Assembly: GCF_006345805.1 (NCBI RefSeq)
Contig: NW_021834848.1
Span: 1-50,392 of the forward strand
Source of the DNA: Octopus sinensis
Taxonomy: Eukaryota
Direction of reading: 5' to 3'
Length of the DNA: 50,392 bases
This document shows positions 38,506-50,392 of the stretch, one piece after another (position 1 is the first letter of the stretch; every line of letters starts with the position of its first letter). The notes under the pieces were generated by a model. That model made no database searches, was not told where the DNA came from, and worked only from the letters and a program-made list of their open reading frames with translations. Both the position numbers and the translations under genes were made by a program.

Positions 38506-40074
38506 ATATATATATACATACATATGTATTTATGTATGTATACATGTTTAAGAATTTGGTTTGCGAGATTCCTGATGTAAAACTGTGTGTTGAAACAGAT
38601 ATTGTTATATTTCGGGATGGTCATTTCTTTTGGGTTTTTTTTGGCCAAATATGCATGTTCTATATATTTGTTCTTCACTCGTTTACTACTCTTCTTATTT
38701 TATCGTATGTCCATTGTCTGGAAACAACAACAACAACATGAACGACAACAAAAACAACAACTACAGTGGCACCAGAAACATGAACGGACACACAAACACA
38801 GAAAGACACAAGAGAAATATCAAAATCCTTTGATATTGGGCTGGTTCTTGTGTCTGTCCATTGAAGTCATGCCAGCATGGAAAAAGGGAGTTCAATGATA
38901 AGGAGGAGGATGAGCATACTTACGCATACACACACATGTATATATCATATATATATATATTCACATATACATACATATATATAAACACATACACAGACAC
39001 ACATGAAGGTAAAAAAATACACACACACATACATAAACTGTCACTAATCCAAACAAGTAGTCGTATAGAAAAGAAGTCGAAAATGCACAGGGAATAAATG
39101 AGAATTTATTTAAATTTTAGAATATATTTACATACACCTAAGTCTTTTGGCATTCGCTCATTTTAAAATGTGTTATGTGTAGTTGTGATGCAAACTGTAT
39201 CTTTTCTGGCTGTGGTTCTAAAAATCATTTGTTTTTATAGACAGAATGTGACTCAGACCACTGTCAGTGCACAAAAGAATTGGTCGAAAATGGTCACAGG
39301 GTGAGGTTTGGGGATTTGGGTTTCGTCCTCTGCTAAAGTCATGTGACTGCCACACAAGAAAGTTACATCAAAGTTCCACTTATTACATTTTTTAAAATCA
39401 ACGAATGTAAAACCAATTAAGTGTGTGTGTGTGTGTGTGTGTGTACTTTAAAATTTAAAATTTCTTATACACGCACACACACACATGCATACATGCATGT
39501 GTGTATGTGTGTATTTGTGAGTATAATCAGTGATAATTTTATGTTAAATTATTACATTTATAAACAATAACCAGAAAGGAAAAAAACTGACGAATTCCCT
39601 GATGTTTTGCTCTGAGTTTCTCAAAAAGCCATAAAAAGAGAAAGAAACGAGGAGCCGTTTCTGTTGGCTTCCCAGTCGTTTTCTCAGTCTGAAATTGTTG
39701 TTTACAAATATAATTCATATGCATGATTGTATGTTGATATAGGTGAGGATGTATATATTGTACATGTACATGAATGAATGTGTGTGTGTGTGTGTGTGTG
39801 AGTGAGTGAGTGTATAAGTAACAAAAATAGAAAAGACACAAATAAATGAAGAGTTGTGAAATGCATATTAAATGGAAGAAACAATATAAAGAGAGAGGGA
39901 GAGAGAGAGAGAGAGAAAGAGAGAGGGAGAGAGAGAAAGAGAGAGAGAGAGAGAGCAAAGAAAATAATTGCAAATGACAACAAAAATTTCAAAGAATTGT
40001 TTAAAATTGTGAAGCAAACTTATTTCTATTTTCAATAATGAAAAAATTTTTTATTATTATCAAAAAAAAAAGAA

Positions 40075-40530
40075 ATCTGGGGACAGTGCAGTCTGAGGAC
40101 ATGTACTGAGAGTGATAGAAATGAAATATCCAGTCAACATCATGGATTTTGGAATGATCTCTAGTGATGGCGACGTTATGCCTCTATTCACCTTCCCACA
40201 TGGCCCCAGACTCAACACGGAGGCCTACATCAAAAGCCTGGGGGAGGTAGTGCTGCCCTGGGTGAAGAGGATGACTGCTGGAATATCCTATATCTGGCAA
40301 CAGGACTCTGCACTATGTCACACAAGCAGGAGAACCCCAGCTGTGGCTGTCACCTCTAACATCTGGCCAATAACTCTGCACACTGCAACCTTCTTGATTA
40401 TTATGTGTGGGGAGCAGTTGAGTGAGAGATCAACAAAATTCTTGTAACACCAAAAGATGAACTGAAGGCAAGGGTTATGGTAGCATTGTTTCAGCTTCAA
40501 AGCTGCAATTAAGCTGAGGCACCATCATTG
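40075..40530 (+). mobile_element. Tc1/mariner-superfamily (maT/DD37D-like) transposase fragment
   Basis: KYPVNIMDFGMISSDGDVMP...HGPRLNTEAYIKSL.EVVLPWVKR...YIWQQDSA..HTSRRT, then NIWP...LDYYVWGAVE. Confidence 0.75.
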
Positions 40531-40544
40531 ACTGTGCTACACCA

Positions 40545-40870
40545 TTATTTGAAACCTCCTCTGATATGTGGCATTTGGGGAATGAGGGAGTTTGATGCCG
40601 CTGCCCTCATCTGTGTTTCTTGCCATGAGGTAGGCTCATCTGGAACCTTTGACATGAGATCCAGTTTTGTTTTGAAGACATCCACATCCACACCATGCTG
40701 GTCGTTCAGGCATTTTGAAAAAATATTGAAGAGCTATGGGCCCTTTGAAACCCAAGCTGTTGCAGTATCTGGTCCTGAATTTTGATGAAGATGCTGGGAT
40801 CTTTAGCACTATGGTGTGGCACTTTTCTGCTGTTTGGTACCTTCCAGGATTTTCCAGATGTATATCACTG
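40545..40870 (-). mobile_element. CR1/L2-like LINE ORF2 C-terminus
   Basis: HGVDVDVFKTKLDLMSKVPDEPTS...MRAAASNSL, a typical ORF2 end. Confidence 0.65.
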
Positions 40871-40886
40871 CATATCTTATATATGC

Positions 40887-40929
<43 letters not shown>

Positions 40930-41154
40930 AAAATACACACATAATATATATATGTGTATATATATATAGATATGTATATAAAATACACCTATTATGTATA
41001 TATACAAAATACATACATTTTGTATGTATGCATGTATATATATATATATATACATACACAATATATACATTATGTATATATTCTCAAAAATGCATGCATA
41101 CAAATATTTGTACATATTCAATATTTATACATATAAATACATTAATGTATGTAC

Positions 41155-41194
<40 letters not shown>

Positions 41195-41229
41195 CTCTCT
41201 CTCTCTATATATATATATGTATGTATCAC

Positions 41230-42990
41230 TGTTCCAGAACTTATCTCTTCTGGTTCAATTCTTCACACTATTATATCCAATGTAACCACACTCCAAATCT
41301 CCACCATCTGCTTCACAAACCAGACAATCTAGTCTTATTGTCTCTGTAACTGTCTCATGGAATTTATGCCATCATACTATGACAGACTATTATTAACTCT
41401 TGTTGCTGCCTTACCCTCACACCTTAAATACACCAACCATGTCCTAGATTTCATTAACCTGTTCTCTCTTTTTTTTGTGGAGAGTCTAAACTTCTTTTCA
41501 CTATAGACTCAAATCCCTGTACACCACTATCATATCTGATAACGATGGCCTACTAGCCCTTAAACACTACTACATGCCTTCACCTGGCTGAGATCATCCT
41601 AATCCTTAACTGCTTATCCTTTTCTTGAGAATTTTAACAAGAAGTCAGTAATGTCACAATAGGAACTAAGATAAGACCCAATTATGTGAACTTCTTTGAA
41701 GGCCATACTAAAGAGAAAATCTTTGCTTGGTTCCTCAGACCCAACTAAGATCTGTATGGTCACTATGAGGACAACAGACAATAGCAAAACAACATTTTTG
41801 TTAATGCCCTTCACCATGCCTGGGAATTTACTTCCGTTGTATTTGACGCTTTTGTTAGTTTTCTCCATCACCATAAACGATATTCACCTCTCCACCTCTG
41901 TCCACTACAAACCTCCTGACTCTCATTTTTATCTCCACTACTCTCCTTCAAGTCCCAAACATTTTAAATTTGTCTTTCTCTCAATCACCTCTCCATTACC
42001 ACCTCTGCAACACTGATTAGATTTCAAATCCCAATGCCAAAGAAAGCAAGAATTTTCACTGAACCAAGGGTACCCTTGATCAGTTGTGGACCCTGCACTC
42101 TACCAGACTCAGGCCATCAACTGCACAACCACTCTCCTACCATCTTTATGCATCTCTACAGACTCGGTTCCACTTGTCTCTCCCCTCATTGAAGAATAAA
42201 TTCATCCACAGCTTCTCTATTCTGTTTTCTAGCCTCACAACCATTCCAGTCTTTCTCTGCACCACCTCTCCTCAACTTTAAACATGATAAGCCCCATAGC
42301 ACCTGGCTCCACACAACCAGGCAGTTTTAAATGCACTTTCTGATGATGCAACACCTGCCCCTAACTTCACCATACTACTACCATCACTGGACCTAAGGCA
42401 CAATGTCATGTTACACAGAACTTCTGCTACACATCGTTTAATCTGATAGATTTCCTTTCATGCAAACTTTGCTGCATCCTTTACGTAGGGGAAACAAACT
42501 GGCACCTTGCTGATTGCTTTTAGGCGCATATTTGAAGCATACTACTAGGTAAGCCAGGCCAACCTGTTACTGACCACCACTACAGGTCATTCTGTCGCTC
42601 ACTTATCAGTGTGTGGCACCACCACATTCAATGGATCCACAGTATCAAGGAAACGGAAATAACAATGTTTCATATTTGAACTTGGTACCAAATCACAGAC
42701 AGGTTTAAATGAACGTTTTGCCTTCTATTCTTGCACAGGGTCTTAGTTCATTAAACCCTTTCTTATCTTTCCCCTTCAACTCACTCTCAACTTCTCATCC
42801 CTCTTCCTTCTCACACTGTTTATCCTGTCTCATCTTCACTTCTGAAGCTCATGCAATCCTGCATTCCTTATCAGTTGCAGACACTTTTTAAAAAATCTTA
42901 TCTCCCATTAATTTTTCTACCTTCAACTGTTCCCTGAAGAAGGCTCTCTATGCAAGATGTGGAATTTCCAACTCTTCAGGGCAGGTTCAC
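41230..42990 (+). mobile_element. Decayed Penelope-like retroelement (RT + GIY-YIG endonuclease)
   Basis: Frameshifted peptides SNVTIGTKIRPNYVNFFEGH, LYGHYED (YIDD-like), LSTSVHYKPPDSHFYLHYS, SCKLCCILYVGET (about 42460-42495) and FIFELGT...GLNERFAF. A decayed CTGAAGAAGGC hammerhead core lies at 42934 just after the ORF. Confidence 0.85.
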
Positions 42991-43666
42991 TATACTCTTT
43001 TTATTGATTTTACAAGATAATACAGGTCTTGCCAGCACAGATCAACACCAGCCACCTTGGGTAACCATGTATCTCCTCTACAGTAGGACACCTGTTTCTG
43101 CCTCATTCTTGATCACTCTCTCCCTCCCTGCCTCACTGGCTGAGTAACCATGTACCTCCTCTACAGCAAAATACCTGTTTCTGCCTCTCTGCCTCTTTGT
43201 CACACTCTAACCTTTCACAACCTGGTACAAGGTCATCTCCTCCAATGCCCCCCTCTCAACATTCCTTGTCCTGCAAGTTACTTGGTCACCCTGCTAGTGC
43301 TGGTGTCACATAAAATGCATTAAGTCCACACTGTGATGTGGGTGGCATTTGAAAGGGCATCCACCCACAAAAAAACCAAGCCAAAACAGACACAGATGTC
43401 TGGTGCAGTCTTCTGCCTGGGCAGCTCCTGTCAAACCATCCAACCCAGGCCAGCATACAGGGAGAATGTTAAACGATGATGATGATGACAATTATATATA
43501 TATATATATATATTATGTACACACACACACACACACACACCATTTTCCTCTCTTTACACACACTCACACACATGTACGCACACTTATATACTCTTACATA
43601 TAAGCACATGTACAAGGCTGTGTATATATGTTAGTAAAATATGTATGCAGACATATATGCATGCGC

Positions 43667-43698
<32 letters not shown>

Positions 43699-44086
43699 AT
43701 TAACGCAGAATTTATAACACCTGTAACAATTTAAAAACTGAAAACACATACAAACATGTAGCATACCTACACATAAAAAAAAGCTGTATAACATAGATAT
43801 ATACATAATGTAAAGAAACATTAAAATGTAATTTTGTCGCAATTTAGGATATTTGCACTAACAGCAGCCATAAACATTACACATGCTGAAACAAATACTT
43901 TTAATATACAAAAACTCCCATACATGTGTGTGTGTGTGTGTGTGTGTGGTGTGTATGCAGACACCCACACATTATACTTGTTTTTTCATGTTATACATAC
44001 ATACATATATATATATATATATGTATGTGTATATATATATATATATATATTATATATATGTATACACACACATACATGCATACAAT

Positions 44087-44150
<64 letters not shown>

Positions 44151-46089
44151 ATCTATATAAAAATGTACATATATATTTATAAATATATACAATCTTATTC
44201 TACATGTGTCTGTATGTGAGTGTGTGTCTTTGTGTGAGAATGTTTGTTCATTTGTTTTGTGTCTGTTTTTCTATGCTAGCATGGGTTAGAAGATTATATT
44301 ATGGAGGCATTGTTCTACAGCTAAATATCTTTTCTGTCACTCACTCTAACCCTTATGGTTTCAAAGGAATTCTTATTGAAGACATGAAAGCTGCAAAGGG
44401 ATCAAATGATCTGTAGACAGGTCAAGTGAGGACAACAATACCACTTGTAGCAAAACACTTTTGTAAAGCTGAAAAGGATGTAAACTCACAGCTGTGCACA
44501 TGTATACATGTAATGGGTTTCTTTGGCTAACAAGTCTTTAGTTGGCCTTGGGCTATAGTAGAGATACACCTACTTTTCAATGGGACATGAATCTACCACA
44601 GGTAAAACTTTCAGATAGACTGGTATTTATTCCCTGACCAAGTGAAGATGAACTGAGAATTGTCATGCCTCAGGAGCATTACAAAATAAGAGCGGTGAAC
44701 GGACAAGGGAGCACTTATATGGTTGCCCAACCTGTTAAAAGCAACAGTATCTTTTTTTAAATAAAGCCTACCATTTAAAAAAATATGAAGGTACATGTTA
44801 GACAATGTTATCTGAAATAAGAGAAATGCTGGAATGGTTAGGATTGGAACATCTTTAGTCACATGTCTGTCAGACATTGAAATAATTGGGGCTAAAAAGC
44901 AACACAACAACAACAAAGAACTGAATACCATGTCCACAAAAACTATTCCAAGTCTATAAAAAGACACTCAATGTACAAATTAGAGATTACATGGTTAGAT
45001 TAGTAAATTGATAGAGACAAAAGAGGGGAACACACTGGATTACATAACCATGGTAACAATAAGTTAATATAAACAGGAAAATTTAATATAAAGAAAATGA
45101 AATAATGAGGAAACACAAGAGAAAAGAACAACAACAGCAATAGAAAAAGACATTCTGTAGACCAATTAAGTTTGTCTTGTCCATGCAGTGTTTGAATTTC
45201 ACATACAATGTGGCAAAAAGGAAGAAATAATAAAGAAAATGTTTGGCAGCATGCACAATGAAACAACCAAGAAACAGTTGACGAATAAAGAACTAAATTT
45301 GCATGCACACACAGAAACCTGCATACAAACACATTATATATGTATAAACATATATACACACACACACATATATGTGTGTGTGTATATATATATATATATA
45401 TACACACACATACATACATACATACATATACATACATACACACATATATTCATATATATATTTATGTATATATATACATACATACATACACATACACACA
45501 CATATATATTCATATATATATGTATATATATATACACATATATATATATACATATATACATATATATAAATACATATATATATATTGTATAAATACATAT
45601 ATATATAAATACATATATATATAAATACATATATATATATATATAAATACATATATGTATATATATATATATACATACCTACATATATACATACATGCAC
45701 TCACACATACATATATACATATGTACATACATACTTACATATGTATGCATACATATATATACACATACATATATGTATATATTTTTATGCATATATATAT
45801 ATATCTCACATTGTTATTATGTTAAACTGTCGTATGTCCAAAATTGGCCGGATGCGTATTTTTCTTCAATATTTATTTTTGCTTGCAACAGCCAGTTCTT
45901 TTGGTCAAACGATTGTATCTGCAGCTGCTTCAGATGCCAAGAATATCAAACATTGTCAAAGTGTAGTAGAACGGTTTTGTTATGGAATGGTGAAATAATT
46001 TTTTTGTTTTCTGAAAAAGTAACATTTTGGACTTGTGACACTTGTGCATAATAGCAATGATATATACATACATACATGCATATATATAT

Positions 46090-46150
<61 letters not shown>

Positions 46151-46495
46151 ATACACCTACATATATATACATATACACACACACATATATATATATATAT
46201 ATACACATTCACAGATAATATACAGATAAATATATGTATAAATATTGTACATATATATATATATAACATATATCTATAACCATATCTTATATATATATAT
46301 TATATATATAAAATAATATATATATATATATATATATATGTTTACATATGGGATCAGGTCAAGGAGGTTCCCACCTAGGATCAAAGGATCAGAACTTTCT
46401 CTTTTTAAAGGTCTGATAACTGTCCATGGGCAAGCCCCTTTATGGATATGAAATCAGTTGCCACTCTATGACTGGACATGTACTTAAACTGCATA

Positions 46496-46540
<45 letters not shown>

Positions 46541-46567
46541 GTATATATATGTGTATATATATATATG

Positions 46568-46600
<33 letters not shown>

Positions 46601-46764
46601 GTTATATATATGTGGTATATATATATGTGTATATATATATATATATATATAGATATAATGTATATATATATATATTATATGTATATATATATATGTATAT
46701 ATATATATGTATATATATATTATATATATATATATATTATATATATTATATATATATTGTATAT

Positions 46765-46808
<44 letters not shown>

Positions 46809-47227
46809 TATATATTATATATATATATATAGCTATATATATATGTATATATATGTGTATATATATATATATTCTATGTGTGTATATATATCTATGTTTA
46901 GCTATATGTGTGTGTGCAATTGTATATATATATATATTATACTTGCACACACACACACACATATAGCTAAACATAGATATATATATACACACATACTCAT
47001 ATCTCCATGCATAGTTGAGTGGTAAGAAGATTCTTTCCCAATCACATAACTGAATGTTCAGTCACACTGCATGGCACCTTGGGCAGGTATCTTCCACTAT
47101 AACCCCGAACCAACTAAGGCCTTGTGAATAGATTTTGGTAGATGGAAACTGAAAGAAGCCTGTGCTCTCTCTGTATATATATCTATACAATACATGTGTG
47201 TGTGAGCATGCATGTGCACATCTATCT

Positions 47228-47272
<45 letters not shown>

Positions 47273-47385
47273 ATGTATATGTATATAATATATATATATA
47301 TATTATATATATAATATATATATATATATATAATGTGTGTGTGTGTGTATGTGTATATATATATATATACATATGCATGTATATA

Positions 47386-47436
<51 letters not shown>

Positions 47437-47454
47437 CATATGCATATCTATATA

Positions 47455-47960
47455 TACAAGATCTGACAAAAAATCTATCAGGAATGTTGCTATACTAATG
47501 TATCTAATGTACACATGGTGAAACAGGTTGGTACAAGTTGACCTTGGACTTTGTTGTGCATGCACACCAAATTATAACGCTCTTGCTTCCATTGTTTATA
47601 GCAGTGCTTGCAAGTAAACTGTGTACAATGGGATTGACCCAGAAAGAAGACTGGATTTTAGCCGAACAGGATTTCCTTGATTGTGTAGAGGAAGTTGAAA
47701 ACATTTTGAAAATGGCCATAACAGGTGATGAATGGGTCTATGGCTATGACCCCAAAATCAAGGCTAAGTCTTTGCAGTGGAAGACTAAAGCAAAATTTCA
47801 AGACGTCAAGGAAATCCAAATGAATGTCATGAAGCAGCTGCTTGTTCTCCCAAAAAGGGAATTCCGGGAATGCTTCCCCTCAATGGAAAGGTTGTTAAAG
47901 TGTATAGCTTCAGGAAGGAACTTCTTTGAAGGAAATTAAATGCCAAATCAATAAATACAT
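47455..47960 (+). mobile_element. Internally deleted mariner transposon
   Basis: TIR-like tacaagatctgacaaaaaatctatcaggaatg. Peptides ITGDEWVYGYDPKIK...QWKT and, after a deletion, FQDVKEIQ...KCIASGRNFFEGN*. Confidence 0.8.
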
Positions 47961-48403
47961 ACATATTTACATATATATACATATATATGCTTATACACAC
48001 ACACACGTGTGTGTGTATATATATATATATATATAGGTAAATACATATATATTCACATGCAAGCACAGTAATATATAACTACATATCTATATCTACCTAT
48101 GTACATAAACATGCATATATTTGTTTATATATATACATATATATATATAATTATATATATATATATATATTATATATATATATATTGTTGTGTGTGTGTG
48201 TGTAATATATAAGATATGTATATATATTTATAGATATATATATATTATACCACACAGATGCACACCACACACATGTATTTATATACAAAATTAGGGAATA
48301 GAGTAGCTTACTACACCTTGATCCTTTGATTTAACCTTTATATATATATATATATATATATGTACACACACACAAACACACACATGCACCCACATACATA
48401 CAT

Positions 48404-48870
48404 GTACACGCTGTTCAGGTTAAATTCTGATATTTCGGTGAACAGTTAATTGCATTGGGGAACATCTAAGATTAAAGTTGTAGTTGAGAAAAAGTTAGCT
48501 GACATGGAGAACTGGAAGCCATGTGAATATTGGAAAAGAGTTACCTGTATCATAACGATTCGTGCTGGGTATCAAAATGCCAACATCATGACTGCTGCTC
48601 AATGCTCTGCGAACACTGTAAAGGCTGTAAGATGTGACATGGACTGTTGCAGCAAAGACTACAAAGCCGTGTCCTGTAGAAAGGGACATAGCAAGTATTC
48701 TCATTGTCCATATGCCAGAATCCATGCTCACATGCTTGAACAAGGCCTTAGACTCAATTCAGACAGCCATGTGAAGCTGCTTGAGACTGTGGTCAGTCCC
48801 TAGTTGGAGAGGGTTGCTGTGGGAAGGCTATATATGTGTGGCAGCAGGATTTGACTTCCAGCCATAATCT
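48404..48870 (+). mobile_element. Internally deleted copy of the same maT-like family
   Basis: N-terminal EYWKRVTCIITIRAG...NTVKAVR fused to GLRLNSDSHVKLLETVVSP*LERVAVGRLY..WQQD. Confidence 0.65.
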
Positions 48871-48984
48871 AGTCGTTATTGTTTGATTGTTTAAAATATA
48901 TTTAGTTCCTGGACAGAATATTGTGTTTTCTTTTCCTTTTATGTCAAATTTAGCCTGAACACCTTGTATCTGCATATATCTCTA

Positions 48985-49026
<42 letters not shown>

Positions 49027-49157
49027 TGCATATGTATTTTATATGTATGTATATATATATATATACACACACACACACATCTATATAGATATATACATAT
49101 ATATATGTATGCATATATACACCATACACAACACACACACCACATTTATATAACATC

Positions 49158-49199
<42 letters not shown>

Positions 49200-49255
49200 T
49201 ATATATAAGAAAACAGTAAAAGGGTTACAATGAAGTTGCTGTGAGGAGTGGAATA

Positions 49256-49288
49256 TCCAACATTTCGGATGCAATCCTTCGTCAGGGG
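49256..49288 (-). ncRNA. Minimal Penelope-type hammerhead remnant, left arm of an inverted repeat
   Basis: ccc-CUGACGA-A-GGAU(ugc)AUCC-GAAA-UGU-U-gg. The stem III palindrome appears damaged by CpG decay. Confidence 0.45.
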
Positions 49289-49366
49289 TAAGAGAAAATG
49301 AGAAGAGAAAAAGAGAAAAAGGTAAAAAGGATGTAAACTCTGACTTTCTTCTCTTTTCCTCTAAAA

Positions 49367-49399
49367 CCCCTGATGAAGGATTGCGTCTGAAACATTGGA
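49367..49399 (+). ncRNA. Minimal Penelope-type hammerhead remnant, right arm of an inverted repeat
   Basis: ccc-CUGAUGA-A-GGAUUGCGUCU-GAAA-CAU-U-gg. Carries complementary CpG-type changes relative to the left arm. Confidence 0.4.
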
Positions 49400-49703
49400 T
49401 GTTTCACTCCTTACAGCAAATTCACTAAACCCCTTTTACTGTTTTCTTGTTTTTTCAAGTCTTGCCGATGCAGAGCTATTAGATCATTGGCTGACTAGCC
49501 ACACACACACACATATATATGTGTGTGTGTGTGTGTGGATATATATATATATATATACACACACACATATGTGTGTGTGTATATAGTATATATATGTATA
49601 TGTACATACATATATTTATATACATACATATACATATGTATGTTTGTGAATGTATATGCATATATACACAAACATGCACACACACACACCCACATTCACA
49701 TAC

Positions 49704-49739
<36 letters not shown>

Positions 49740-49795
49740 ACATATATATCACACACACACATACATATATAATGTGTGTGTATGTATATATATAT

Positions 49796-49829
<34 letters not shown>

Positions 49830-50294
49830 GTATATTCACCGTCCAACCCATGCTAGCATGGAAAAAGGACGTTAAATGATGATGATGATGATGATATATA
49901 TATATATGTGTGTGTGTGTGTGTATACATACATACACACACATATATGTATATGTATGTAGGTAACTGACTTCTCCCTCCCCTCCAAAACTGCTGGCTCT
50001 GGGCCAAATTTTAAAGCCATAATGATCATTATTATCATCATCAAAATACTTAACAGCATTTCTTCTGGCTCTCTATGTTCTGAGTTCAAATCCCATTGAG
50101 GTCAAACTTGCCTTTCATTGTTTTGGGGTCAACAAAGTATTATCCTAAATAAAGCAATGGGGTCTACGCAAGTATACAGTCACCTTTCTGAAATTTCTGG
50201 TCATTTATCTATATTACAAGCAGTTGCTATTATATATATATATATACTATATATATATATCTATATGCATGTATGTATTATATATATATGTATG

Positions 50295-50331
<37 letters not shown>

Positions 50332-50392
50332 TGTATGTATGTATATGTTATATGTATATATATTTTTATATATATATATATATATATATTAT

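Larger units (their letters stand above)
49207..49448. repeat. Fold-back element with about 83 bp arms
   Basis: aagaaaacagtaaaaggg...cccttttactgttttctt, with a hammerhead remnant in each arm. Confidence 0.8.

Noticed and set aside
38560-38610. CTGATGT...GAAACAGATATTGT repeat, with a related copy near 37030-37060
   Set aside because: The core is non-canonical and differs between the two copies, and stem I does not pair.
39585-39665. CTGACGA followed by a GAAACG...CGTTTC hairpin
   Set aside because: Stems I and II do not pair, so no hammerhead fold is possible.
45741-45998. ORF with a signal-peptide-like stretch ([18 protein letters not shown])
   Set aside because: Short, begins in a microsatellite, and has no splice support or recognisable homology.

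Overview
AT-rich animal genomic DNA with dense microsatellites and a repeat landscape typical of a coleoid cephalopod such as Octopus (inferred from repeat style only). The single host gene is on the minus strand: a couch potato/MEC-8/RBPMS-family RNA-binding protein. Three coding exons are visible (34589-34520, 25931-25821, 8096-8037), encoding most of the second RRM and the C-terminus. I did not find the upstream exons in the window. The introns hold RTE and CR1-like LINE remnants, a decayed Penelope-like element (RT + GIY-YIG), mariner and maT-like DNA transposon remnants, tRNA-derived SINEs, a Helentron-associated element and several fold-back (inverted-repeat) elements. The main unexpected signal is that most fold-back elements carry hammerhead-ribozyme cores. 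These include an intact type I hammerhead (1823-1920, minus), several single-position core variants, and three copies from two unrelated sequence families of a non-circularly permuted (pseudoknotted) hammerhead with covarying stems (32452-32513, 33152-33214, 35960-36019). Several are in the sense orientation of the host pre-mRNA. All RNA structures were paired by eye; no folding or database search was run. Almost all ORFs in the supplied track are microsatellite artefacts.
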